Origin: an uncultured Planctomycetaceae bacterium
Lineage (GTDB): Bacteria > Planctomycetota > Planctomycetia > Isosphaerales > Isosphaeraceae
Assembly: GCA_963833985.1 (NCBI GenBank)
Contig: CAWIAD010000001.1
Coordinates: 1,504,001 to 1,568,000, forward strand
Reading direction: 5' to 3'
DNA length: 64,000 nt
The notes beneath the pieces are model-generated. The model searched no databases. It was not told the origin of the DNA and saw nothing but the letters and a program-made list of their open reading frames with translations. The position numbers and the translations under genes were made by a program. Positions 21,563-30,740 of this stretch are shown in pieces (position 1 is the stretch's first letter; each line of letters starts with the position of its first letter).

Positions 21563-22543
21563 ATGCGTAAGGTCGGACGAGCCATTCTCCTGTTGTGTGC
21601 TCTCTCGGGAAGCGTCCGGAGTCTTGCCGGCGGCGACCGAGGCGGCGACAAGGAAGCTTTCCAAGCTGCGCGCGGACACTCCTCTCCTCAAGAGGCATTC
21701 CAGGCGAGACGGGCCGCGATCGCCAGGAGGGACTGGCGTACGGCCTTCGCCTCGATGACGCCGGAGACTCAGGACCACGCGGTCGTGGAGATGGCCTGGG
21801 CCTGGCTCTGGCTCGGATCGGGCGCCACGGGCCATGAGAGGCCGTGGGGCAGGTCCTATCCGCCGCGCTGGCCCGGAGACAGATTTTACGTGCTCGGAGT
21901 CGACGAGACGCCGTGGGACGGCCTCGGAAAAACCGCGCGCGACGCAGCCATCGCCAGGGTCCGCGAGATCACGAAGACGCATGGATTGGAACTCCAGAAG
22001 TTCCAGGCCGAGTACGAGAAGAGAGGCAAGGCGGGCGAGGACGAGATCGTCGCGGAGCGCGCGAAGCGCGAAATCGATCATCTCAAGGCGTACTTGAAGG
22101 AACATCCCGAGGAGCGTGAGGAGGGCGAGAAGTTCCTCAGGGAGCATCCCGAGGCCTTCGGCACCGGGATCACGGAGGTCCGCCCTTGCGAGAGGCTCCG
22201 GCCCGATTTGCTCGAACCCGATATCGAACTGGAAGCCCGGGTCATCCTCTCCCAGATCATCGACAAGGCGGGGTTCTACGAGGAATCGACGGATCTGGTC
22301 AAACCCCGGGTCGTGATCCCGGGACAAGAAGATTACGCCTTCGGCGACCTGCAAGGCGTGACGATAGCTGGGGACACGGCCAAGGGCTGGGTCGTCTGTC
22401 ACACCGACATTCATGTCAGTGGCTTGAAGGACGCGATCAAGCCCGGACGCGTTCTCTGCCGCTTCCGTAGGCTGAATGGCCGGTGGTACAATGACAACCG
22501 GGAGGGGGATCTGGCCCGATACGACGAACCCCGGGAGCGTTGA
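21563..22543 (+). CDS. Hypothetical exported protein
   Basis: GGAGG upstream of the ATG, a signal-peptide-like MRKVGRAILLLCALSGSVRSLA and GC-rich codon usage. No recognised domain. Confidence 0.6.
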   Translation: MRKVGRAILLLCALSGSVRSLAGGDRGGDKEAFQAARGHSSPQEAFQARRAAIARRDWRTAFASMTPETQDHAVVEMAWAWLWLGSGATGHERPWGRSYPPRWPGDRFYVLGVDETPWDGLGKTARDAAIARVREITKTHGLELQKFQAEYEKRGKAGEDEIVAERAKREIDHLKAYLKEHPEEREEGEKFLREHPEAFGTGITEVRPCERLRPDLLEPDIELEARVILSQIIDKAGFYEESTDLVKPRVVIPGQEDYAFGDLQGVTIAGDTAKGWVVCHTDIHVSGLKDAIKPGRVLCRFRRLNGRWYNDNREGDLARYDEPRER

Positions 22544-22662
22544 TTCACGTCCAGGGCCCGGCGATCGTATCTCTCGACCGGCACTGTCCCGAGCAGGGCG
22601 GCGGATCGGGAAGGCTTTGGACTTGGCCCTGGACCGACGGACGGGCGTCTAACGCGACGAAG

Positions 22663-23910
22663 TTAGATTTCAGACAATCGCCGAGTCAAAAATCGCCGCT
22701 CGGGTTCCTGCCGGGCCAACAATAATGCCCGCTCATACGAGTGCTTCGCGTCGGACATTTTTCCGGAGCGCCGGCACAGCTCCGCCCGGGCCGCATGGGC
22801 ACGGTGATAATCCACCAGGTCTCCGCGATTGAGAATCGCATCGATCAGGACCAGCCCCGCTTCCGGTCCGTCCCGCATCGCGACCGCGACGGCTCGATTG
22901 AGCTCGACGACCGGCGATGAATGGATTCGCTGAAGTGCGGAGTAAAGCACGACAATCTGATTCCAGTCTGTCTCGGCGGCAGTGCCTGCCTGGGCATGAA
23001 TTGCCGCAATGGCAGCCTGGAGCGTGTACGCACCAAACTGTCGCGACCGAAGGGCTTGCTCGACCAGTGCCGTGCCCTCGGAAATCAGTTGATGGTCCCA
23101 AAGTGAGCGGTCCTGCTCTTCAAGCAGAATAATCTCACCGTCCTGGGAAACGCGTGCTTGCCTGCGCGATTCGTTGAGCAGCATCAAGGCCAGCAGCCCC
23201 TTGGCCTCCGGATCGGGAAGCAACTCGAGAAGTAACCGGCCCAGTCGAATCGCCTCGGCTGTGAGATCAACCCGTAAGAGCGAACCGCCCTGCGAGGCCG
23301 CATATCCTTCGCTGAACACCAGATAGATGGCGGAAAGTACCGCGTCCAGCCGTTCGGGCAGGTCCCCCAGAGACGGAACGACATAGGGAATCTGTTCGTC
23401 ACGAATCTTCGCCTTGCCGCGGACGATGCGCTGGGCCATCGTTGATTTGGAGGTCAAGAACGCGTGGGCGATCTCCTCGGTCGTCAGTCCGCAGACCTCG
23501 CGGAGCGTGAGCGGCACTTGCAGCTTTGGGTCGATGGCGGGATGACAGCACGTGAAGATCAGACGCAATCGATCGTCTTCGATCTCCGTGGCGGCCCGAG
23601 CCGCATTTTCATCGGCGACTTTGTCGACTCGCGAAGCGATTTCGGGGTGAAGTTCCTTCAGGCGGCCTTGCCGGCGAAGGGCATTGATCGCCTTGAATCT
23701 TCCCGTGGAGATCAACCAGGCTCGCGGATTTGCCGGCACCCCATCTCGTTGCCAGGTCTCCACGGCGGCTGCAAACGCCTCGTGCATGGCATCGTCCGCC
23801 AGATCAAAATCGTTCAGCAAGCGGACGAGCGAAGCGAACACGCGACGTGAGTCGGAGCGGTAGAGATCATCGATCCGGTCGCGGATTGTCACGGAGGCAT
23901 CGAGTTTCAT
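22663..23910 (-). CDS. ECF42-type RNA polymerase sigma factor with C-terminal extension (DUF6596/TPR-like)
   Basis: W..DGVPANPRAWL, IEDDRLRLIFTCCHPAI, MAQRIVRGKAKI, LEEQDRSLWD and SPVVELNRAVA, with DGPF genes nearby. Confidence 0.9.
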   Translation of the reverse strand: MKLDASVTIRDRIDDLYRSDSRRVFASLVRLLNDFDLADDAMHEAFAAAVETWQRDGVPANPRAWLISTGRFKAINALRRQGRLKELHPEIASRVDKVADENAARAATEIEDDRLRLIFTCCHPAIDPKLQVPLTLREVCGLTTEEIAHAFLTSKSTMAQRIVRGKAKIRDEQIPYVVPSLGDLPERLDAVLSAIYLVFSEGYAASQGGSLLRVDLTAEAIRLGRLLLELLPDPEAKGLLALMLLNESRRQARVSQDGEIILLEEQDRSLWDHQLISEGTALVEQALRSRQFGAYTLQAAIAAIHAQAGTAAETDWNQIVVLYSALQRIHSSPVVELNRAVAVAMRDGPEAGLVLIDAILNRGDLVDYHRAHAARAELCRRSGKMSDAKHSYERALLLARQEPERRFLTRRLSEI

Positions 23911-24306
23911 GTCGATCGTTTCACGCCAGCTTGACCGGGTCCGCGGTCCGTATCGACATTGGTCCAGACGGCCAGATTTTACCTGATTCTTTTCAGAATT
24001 TGAAATCCGCCGTGACAACAACCACTCCCAACAAAAGTTCAAATCCCGTCCTTGGTTGCGAATGCGACAGGCGACGGGATTTGTTGTTTCACGGAGTCGG
24101 GACGACTGGATTTGAACTCCGCGTGGCCGCCTACCTGAAGCCCTGTCCTGCTTCGGTCGGATCGACCGATGGCCGTTGTCAGAGGATGATCTTGATCGTA
24201 CGTTGTGGCCAGCTCGGCGTTGCTGACCCTGCAACCCAAGGGGCGAATTCTTGGTTCTGTCGTGGAAGTGACTGTGCAACCGGTAGTTTTGCTAGAGGTC
24301 AAGAAC

Positions 24307-24347
24307 GGAGACGACCGGGATCGAACCGGCAACCTCCTGGTTGCAAA
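24307..24347 (-). repeat. 41-bp duplication of the tRNA-Ala 3' half (att-like site)
   Basis: ggagacgaccgggatcgaaccggcaacctcctggttgcaaa is identical to 25555-25595. Confidence 0.92.
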
Positions 24348-24425
24348 TACGGCGGTCGCAACAGTTGGAAGTTGTGCAGCAGAGCCTTGCCGGCAAGGCT
24401 CCACTCCATGACGCGAACTGAAAAC

Positions 24426-24788
24426 TCATCGCCACTGGTTCAGCACGTGAATCCGGTCGCGAATCCCAACCCCAGAAACTTCCAGCTTGGTGATCGCGGT
24501 TCCAATCCCGCGATCCGTCAGGTTGTGACGCGGGTCGTTGTCAAACCGGACGATCAGAATACCGGCATGGTGGCCCGCGGCAGCGATGACCAGGTCATGC
24601 AGGTCTTCGAAGTCTTCCGAATCCTGTGTGAGAACCGGGAGGCCCTGGGCAATCGCGAAGATGAGCACCCTCGCATCCGTAAAGGACCGTAGACTGACAT
24701 CCCCAGCGAGAACCGGATCGTGTCCCTGAGCCTGCAGCCTTGCAGCGAGTACGGGGCTGCTCATGTTCTCGTCGATCAGGAACCTCAT
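24426..24788 (-). CDS. DUF5615 family PIN-like toxin
   Basis: MRFLIDENMS...GHD...TDARVLIFA...VLTQDSEDF...HAGIL. Confidence 0.88.
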   Translation of the reverse strand: MRFLIDENMSSPVLAARLQAQGHDPVLAGDVSLRSFTDARVLIFAIAQGLPVLTQDSEDFEDLHDLVIAAAGHHAGILIVRFDNDPRHNLTDRGIGTAITKLEVSGVGIRDRIHVLNQWR

Positions 24789-25078
24789 TCCGGGGTACGC
24801 CCGAGGAGGCCTCGCGCACGCAGTCTGGCCGCCTCGTGGTCACGCTCTTGCTCAATGAGCGGGCGATTTGCGGCGACATAATCGAGGGCCTCGAGGACCG
24901 CCTCCAGCGGAACCTGGTACTCCCGGGCATATTCTTCCGCACTCCGCGGTTCGGGCCCGTTGATGACCCCGTCGACCACCGCGGCCCGAATTCGCCGACC
25001 CTTCAAGAACAATGTCCGGTAATTCGAGCCGGGACGCGGCTCCAGGTGTTGATATTGTTTTTCGGTCTTGGTCGTCAT
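24785..25078 (-). CDS. DUF433-like putative antitoxin
   Basis: RBS AAGGAGG; KGRRIRAAVV...SAEEYAREYQVPLEAVLEALDY. Its stop overlaps the toxin start (ATGA). Confidence 0.8.
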   Translation of the reverse strand: MTTKTEKQYQHLEPRPGSNYRTLFLKGRRIRAAVVDGVINGPEPRSAEEYAREYQVPLEAVLEALDYVAANRPLIEQERDHEAARLRARGLLGRTPE

Positions 25079-25553
25079 GGTGCCTCCTTCGGTCGTGGCG
25101 TCCATCATACTTCCATCGGGGACCAGGGCGAAGCTTCGTCGAATTCTAGGCGACGCCAAACCGGCGGCAAAGCTGGGTCTCAGATTATCGCGAACGACAG
25201 TCAGGGTCTCATCGTTACGCTCGCCCCTGATCGAATGCCACACGCGGCGCCGCGGTGCATCAAGGCGCTCCTGTCGTGGCGCGCACCGGAGCGTGAACCG
25301 GTGGATTTGGCCGTGCCCGGCCGATAGCCCGTTTGAACCTACCCCGCCCTGGCTAAGAACTTACCGGGTTCAATCTCTACCATCTGGCGACCTGGAGATA
25401 GGAGAGCGCCTGGTAAACAACCAGGCTCTCTCCCGAACGAAAGAGCCCCAGAATTCAAGAGAAACTCCAAGAATCTGCGATCTTGCTGGTCAAATCTGAC
25501 AAGACATTCGCGGAGGCGACGTGATGTAACCAGAGAGATTATCTAGAGTTAAA

Positions 25554-25626
25554 TGGAGACGACCGGGATCGAACCGGCAACCTCCTGGTTGCAAACCAGG
25601 CGCTCTCCCAATTGAGCTACGTCCCC
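25554..25626 (-). tRNA. tRNA-Ala(TGC), CCA not encoded
   Basis: GGGGACGTAGCTCAATTGGGAGAGCGCCTGGTTTGCAACCAGGAGGTTGCCGGTTCGATCCCGGTCGTCTCCA folds as a cloverleaf with anticodon TGC. Confidence 0.97.
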
Positions 25627-25727
25627 GAGGTTTGTGGCAGTGGACCTGGCGGCCGGGGCGGCTTGCAGGTCCTTGATTGATGATAGCGGCACTCAGAGGC
25701 ATTGGCTAGGGCGAGTCCGCGTCGAGA

Positions 25728-27266
25728 TCAGCGAACTTTCATCCATTGTTCGACGGTCAGAATCGCCTGGGCGCGGGTGGAGCAGGGGAGCGCCTGCCAG
25801 TCGGGAACGGCACCCAGGGGGTTGCTGATTTCCTGGACCCATTGCTGGATCATCTGCGGCGACTGGCTCACCATCGCCGCCCGCTTCACCAGCCCGGTGG
25901 GCAGGGACTGCTGGTAGGTCGCGGCGTAATAGGGCATCGGATCGTAATTCTTCTGCTTCGCCAGCTTCTTGAGATAGCCTTCGATCGTGCGGTCAATCTT
26001 CACCAGGTCGTCGCCGAACGCCCGGCGGAACTCGGCCAGGTGCTCGTCGGGCGACCGCGGTTCCAGCGGAGGAAGCTGGCTCATCGTCCGCAGGTAGTTC
26101 ACGAAGTCATCCTGCCGCTTGAAGGCGAGGTAATGCGTCATCGCCCACGCGAGCGCATATTCGGTGGGAGTGAGATGCGTCCTGCGCACCAGCACCTCCA
26201 CCAGCGGCTTGCCCGGTTCGCGCACCGGAGCGCGGGACTGGGCGTCGTTGCCGCGGATCGCCAGTGAGAGTGGGTCCTCGAGCTCGCGAATCGTCGCCAT
26301 GTGCAGGCCGTTGATCATGCCGACCCCGTCCCAGGTCGGCCGGCCCCCCCTGCGCGAACTGCACGGGGTGGAACAGTACTCGGCCAGTCCCTCGATGAGC
26401 CAGATCGGCCAGGCGCTCAGGCGGGGATGCACACCGATGTTCTGAAGCACCTGGTGCGTTCCCTCGTGCACCACCGTCTGGGGCTTTCGCAGCGCGGAGA
26501 GCTCTGGTGCTTTCTCATCCCGCTCCGATTCCTCGAAGAAGTGAATGCGGTTGGTGTAGATCTCGTAGACCGCCTGAACCTCGGCATCAACCTGAATACT
26601 GGCCCGGAAGTCTCGCTCGCTGCGATAAATGACGGCGACCAGTGGGAACTCGGCCTCGTGCACGGGCACCTTGTGCTTGTGGAATGCGTCGAGCAGCCGC
26701 TTGTACAGGTCCTCCAGCCAGCGGCCGCTGGCCTGGGCGAACCCTTTGCTGGACTGGTAGAAGATCAGGTAGTGCCGGGTCTGGTAGACCTGGTAGCTGC
26801 CAAGCGGCCCTTTTTGCAGCCGCTCCAGCAATTCCTCGGCGGAGAACGGCTGGAATGGCTCGGCGGTGGGAACCAGCATGTTGGGGATGCCGATCTGACC
26901 GTCCGGCAGCATGAGCGCTGTGGTGCCGTCGTACTGGCCGTGTAACCGGGCCACGACCGGCTGTCCCAGGTTGTCACGGACCTTGTACCGCGGTGGTTCG
27001 ATTGTGTCCTGAGCGAGCGCGGCCGCCGGGGTCAGGCCCTGAACGGTGAGAACTGCCGACACGATGATGAGAGGCAAAAGCACGGCCCGCGTGGCGATTC
27101 CGCATCGCGCCCGCACTGGCCTCGCGTTACCCGCCGCGCGTACCCGTGGCGCAGCGACCGCCGCAACATGTCCGGCAGCTTCCGGAGCAGCGCAGCGAAT
27201 CGACCGGGGACGGCGACCCTTCGGGGATTCGCCCCTTCCGCCGCTCGTCATGACGACGGGTTGCAT
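25728..27266 (-). CDS. DUF1570 domain protein (gluzincin-like metallopeptidase motif)
   Basis: TVVHEGTHQVLQNIGV, PIWLIEGLAEY and YALAWAMTHYL. The start is uncertain. Confidence 0.8.
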   Translation of the reverse strand: MQPVVMTSGGRGESPKGRRPRSIRCAAPEAAGHVAAVAAPRVRAAGNARPVRARCGIATRAVLLPLIIVSAVLTVQGLTPAAALAQDTIEPPRYKVRDNLGQPVVARLHGQYDGTTALMLPDGQIGIPNMLVPTAEPFQPFSAEELLERLQKGPLGSYQVYQTRHYLIFYQSSKGFAQASGRWLEDLYKRLLDAFHKHKVPVHEAEFPLVAVIYRSERDFRASIQVDAEVQAVYEIYTNRIHFFEESERDEKAPELSALRKPQTVVHEGTHQVLQNIGVHPRLSAWPIWLIEGLAEYCSTPCSSRRGGRPTWDGVGMINGLHMATIRELEDPLSLAIRGNDAQSRAPVREPGKPLVEVLVRRTHLTPTEYALAWAMTHYLAFKRQDDFVNYLRTMSQLPPLEPRSPDEHLAEFRRAFGDDLVKIDRTIEGYLKKLAKQKNYDPMPYYAATYQQSLPTGLVKRAAMVSQSPQMIQQWVQEISNPLGAVPDWQALPCSTRAQAILTVEQWMKVR

Positions 27267-27482
27267 GGCCAGCCTGGTCTCACGGATTCGTCTGAAAGAA
27301 TTCGTCGAGGGGAACGCGTTCAGTTTAGCAACGCGAGTCACCGCTGCAAAGCCTCTCGCCGAGAGCAACCCGCGTCCTGAACCCACGCGTGACGCCGGAG
27401 CATCCAGCGCAGTCCGCCGGAGTCCTCCTTCAGGCGCTACGCGGATCAGGCACCAAAGGTTCGGCAAGGCACGGGTCCCGGA

Positions 27483-29015
27483 TCAGGCGGCCACGGACTG
27501 AGACGACATGATGCGCACCTTGAAGCCGAGCGACCGGGCCAGGGCAAGCATCTCGCCGAAGATATCTCCATAGGCCACGGCGATGTGGTTACTCATGTAA
27601 TGCGCCATGATGGTGTCCATCGAGCAGCCCAGGTCGGCGGCCATGAACGGCCACTGCCGGGTGGTGCCGCGCCACCACGTCTCGCGCACGTCCTCGGGCA
27701 AGCTGACCGATTCGCCGCGCCCGACTCCATGACGGGCGCGCCGGTGTGATCCAGCCACGCCCTTGCCCAGGTGATCGAGCCGGCAAGGCTGAAGCCGGTG
27801 AATGTGCCGCCGGGCACGGGGAAATAGCCGGCGGGCTGGCGGTAGCTGTGCACGCCCTGGAGGCTCTTGACGTCGTGGTTGAACGCATAGGCGCCGCAGC
27901 TTCCGGAATTGAGCAGCACCCAGAGAAAGCGGCCGTCGTGGCGGGCGCCCCAGCGGACGTCGTGGAACATCACCGCGCCGGGGAGTCCCTTGGCCTCCAG
28001 CAGGCGCTTCATCGAGCTCCATGGGGATGAGGTTGCCCTGGTCGGCCTCGGTGCTGGTCATGACCGCGTGCCCGTTGCCCTCGGGGCGTGCGTGGGAGTT
28101 CAGCAGGCCCTCGGCGAAGTCGCTCGGGGGCAGCAACTTCAGCAGTCCGAGCTGGTACTGCCAGCCCAGGCAATCCGCCTTGAATTCGTCGAGCAGGTCG
28201 AGCACGGCCAGGTAGCACCGCAGTTGCTCCCGTGTGGACTGGACGGTGAAGTCGCTGGCGTCAGCCTCGTTCCAGTGAAACACCACGCCCTTCTCCTGCA
28301 CGAACCGCAGCGCCTGGTCCACCCGCGCGTCGTTGACGGTCTTGACCCGGTCGATGAGCCAGGCCTGGTCCACCTTGTGCTCGGAGAACCCCAGCTTGTA
28401 GAGCACTCTCGGGCCGAAGTAGCCATTGATCATGCCCATCGAGGTGTCGCCGAGCATGAGGGCGAGGATCCGCTTCTGGCGGATCGACGCCAGCACCCTG
28501 GCAGCCGTCGCCGCGGCGTCCGGGGAAACGGCTCCGAACTCATGCAGCTCGCTGGTGGAGTAGCGGATCTGGCCCGTGGAGCACCACTCATCGAGACGCT
28601 CCATGAAGTTTGTATCGGCCGTCCAGTCGGGGGCGTCGGTCCAGACGCGCGAGGCCTGGCGGCCGACGCTCTCCAGCGATGCGCCGGTGTTCAGCAATGC
28701 CACCAGCCCCGGCCAGGTGCCCGAGAAGTTCGACGCCAGCAGCAGCGGATTGTCCTTGCCGACGACTCCATCCACGGTGTGCGGGGCGTAGGTCCAGTGC
28801 ACGAAGACGCCCACCATCGGGTCGTCAATGGGGCCAAGGCGGGCAATGGCCTGGTCGGGACGTGTCAGGTAGTCGTCGATCAGATACGGCGTCCGGCCCA
28901 GCTTCTTGAGCGCGGCGGTGAGCTGGCCGGTCGTCTCGCGTGACTGCGCCAGCGCCCACTCGTTGGGCTTGGAACGGTAATCCCCGGGCCAGAAGATCGC
29001 GACTTTCTTGGACAT
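27483..29015 (-). CDS. L-fucose/L-arabinose isomerase-like protein; two compensating frameshifts (~28013 and ~27722)
   Basis: LLASNFSGTWPGLVALLN, DCLGWQYQLGL, STEADQG and MAHYMSNHIAVAYG. The likely native segment MKRLL..FHDVRWG..NSGS..YRQPAGYFPVPGGT lies in another frame (27593..28012). Confidence 0.65.
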   Translation of the reverse strand: MSKKVAIFWPGDYRSKPNEWALAQSRETTGQLTAALKKLGRTPYLIDDYLTRPDQAIARLGPIDDPMVGVFVHWTYAPHTVDGVVGKDNPLLLASNFSGTWPGLVALLNTGASLESVGRQASRVWTDAPDWTADTNFMERLDEWCSTGQIRYSTSELHEFGAVSPDAAATAARVLASIRQKRILALMLGDTSMGMINGYFGPRVLYKLGFSEHKVDQAWLIDRVKTVNDARVDQALRFVQEKGVVFHWNEADASDFTVQSTREQLRCYLAVLDLLDEFKADCLGWQYQLGLLKLLPPSDFAEGLLNSHARPEGNGHAVMTSTEADQGNLIPMELDEAPAGGQGTPRRGDVPRRPLGRPPRRPLSLGAAQFRKLRRLCVQPRRQEPPGRAQLPPARRLFPRARRHIHRLQPCRLDHLGKGVAGSHRRARHGVGRGESVSLPEDVRETWWRGTTRQWPFMAADLGCSMDTIMAHYMSNHIAVAYGDIFGEMLALARSLGFKVRIMSSQSVAA

Positions 29016-29177
29016 GGCGCACCCAGATCAGGAGGAGAGTCACCTGTGGTCAGCGTTCAACCCAGAGTGTATATTGCCCGATCATTGCTTGCTATGCCCT
29101 GGCGATGCGGATATGCCAGTCGAGCAACTGCGTTCCGGCAAGCCAACCCGTTGGACACCGAGATCGAGACTGCGGCC

Positions 29178-30713
29178 ATGTATGACCTTGTGGTGATTGG
29201 CGGAGGCTCCGGGGGTTTGCACCTGGCCCTGATGACCGTGCGCGTCGGCGCCCGGGTCGCCCTGATTGACAAACGCCAGCCGGGAGCAAGCTGGATGGCG
29301 GCCTGCATCCCCAGCAAGGGGCTGGTTCAGGTGGCCCGGCTGCTCCGCCAGGTGCGCGGGGCCGGATCGTTTGGAGTCCATGTCGAGGCTCCCCGCGTCG
29401 AGATCTCGCAGGTCCTGAGCCGGCTCCAGACCCTCTCGAAGGAGTCGGCCGCGGAATTCAGCGACGAGAATCTCGTGGCACTGGGCATCGATGTATTCCA
29501 CGGGACCGCCGCATTTGAAGCCTACGACACGGTTGTGCTCGAGGACGGCCGGCGGGTGGAAGGTCAGCGTTTCGTGATCGCCACCGGGTCCCGGCCCGCG
29601 CCGGCGCGGATTCCGGGCTTGAGCGAGGCTGGCTCTCTCGACGAAACCTCGCTCTGGTCGCTGGATCAGGTTCCCGCGCGTCTCACCGTGATCGGCGGAG
29701 GCTCGATCGCCATCGAGTTCGCCCAGGTTTTCGCGCGGCTGGGATCCAGCGTCACCGTGCTCACGCCGGAGGAGCGGATACTCCCCCGCGAGGCCCCTGA
29801 GATTTCCGGCCATGTCGCCTGCATGCTCACCGGTGAAGGGATCACCATCCGGCGCAAGGCCGCCATCGAGAAGGTGGAGCAGCGCGGGAATGAGAAGATC
29901 TGCATCTTCCATGACGGCGACTCCGGGGGCAGCTCCGAGATCGCCGCGTCGCACATCCTGTGTGCGGGGCCGCGGCTGGCCAATATCGAGCACCTGAAGC
30001 TGGACGTCGTCGGGATCCACGCGGACCCGGAGCACGGCATCGAGGTCAACGATCTACTCCAGACGCATGCAGTACGGGTGTATGCCATCGGCGACGTGCT
30101 GCTGCGGAACCAGTACACGAACGCCGCGGAGGCCGAGGCCGAAGTGGCCTTCCAGAACGCCGTCCTGCACCGGCGCCGGAAGATGGACTACGCGAACCTT
30201 CCGTGGGCAACATTCCTCGATCCCGAGGTTGCTTCCGTCGGCCTGTCGGAAGCCCAGGCGGCCGCCGAGGAGATCGAGCACCAGGTCTTCCGCGTCAACT
30301 ACGCTGGGATCGACCGAGCACGGATCGACGGTCAGCCTGAGGGATTCGCCAAGGTCGTGGCCACGCCGATGGGCAAGATCCTGGGAGCAAGCATCCTGGG
30401 CGAACAGGCGAGCCTGGTCTTGCAGCAGCTCGTCGTGGCAATGGACGGCGGGCTCAGCCTGGGCGACCTGGCGGCCACGTCACAGGTCTATCCTTCCTAC
30501 GGGCAGGTGGTCCGTGCGCTCGGCGAGCAGTTCCGGGCGACCCGCCTTGAACGCGGGTTTTTCGCCTCGGCACTGCGGTTCTTCTATGGCTTCCAGCCGC
30601 GGGCAGGCCGCGCTGGCGGAGCCGCGCCGGCACTGGAGGGGAACGCACCGAACGGGGCTGGCGGCAACGCCGGTCTCGCGGCCCACGAGGCCATCGCGGC
30701 GCACGGCCACTGA
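29178..30713 (+). CDS. Pyridine nucleotide-disulfide oxidoreductase (Lpd/MerA-like) with a degenerate redox motif
   Basis: YDLVVIGGGSGG, CIPSK, IATGSRP, VIGGGSIAIEFAQ, YAIGDV and a dimerisation domain (PWATFLDPEVASVG). Confidence 0.85.
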   Translation: MYDLVVIGGGSGGLHLALMTVRVGARVALIDKRQPGASWMAACIPSKGLVQVARLLRQVRGAGSFGVHVEAPRVEISQVLSRLQTLSKESAAEFSDENLVALGIDVFHGTAAFEAYDTVVLEDGRRVEGQRFVIATGSRPAPARIPGLSEAGSLDETSLWSLDQVPARLTVIGGGSIAIEFAQVFARLGSSVTVLTPEERILPREAPEISGHVACMLTGEGITIRRKAAIEKVEQRGNEKICIFHDGDSGGSSEIAASHILCAGPRLANIEHLKLDVVGIHADPEHGIEVNDLLQTHAVRVYAIGDVLLRNQYTNAAEAEAEVAFQNAVLHRRRKMDYANLPWATFLDPEVASVGLSEAQAAAEEIEHQVFRVNYAGIDRARIDGQPEGFAKVVATPMGKILGASILGEQASLVLQQLVVAMDGGLSLGDLAATSQVYPSYGQVVRALGEQFRATRLERGFFASALRFFYGFQPRAGRAGGAAPALEGNAPNGAGGNAGLAAHEAIAAHGH

Positions 30714-30740
30714 GCGATCAGTCTGACTGGGTGCAGTGGA

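Noticed and set aside
1905..24306. One large genomic island bounded by tRNA-Ala att sites
   Set aside because: The content looks accessory, but I found no further att copy and no integrase, so no boundary can be supported.
24307..24347. A second tRNA-Ala gene
   Set aside because: Only the 3' half is present; the 5' acceptor strand and D arm are absent.
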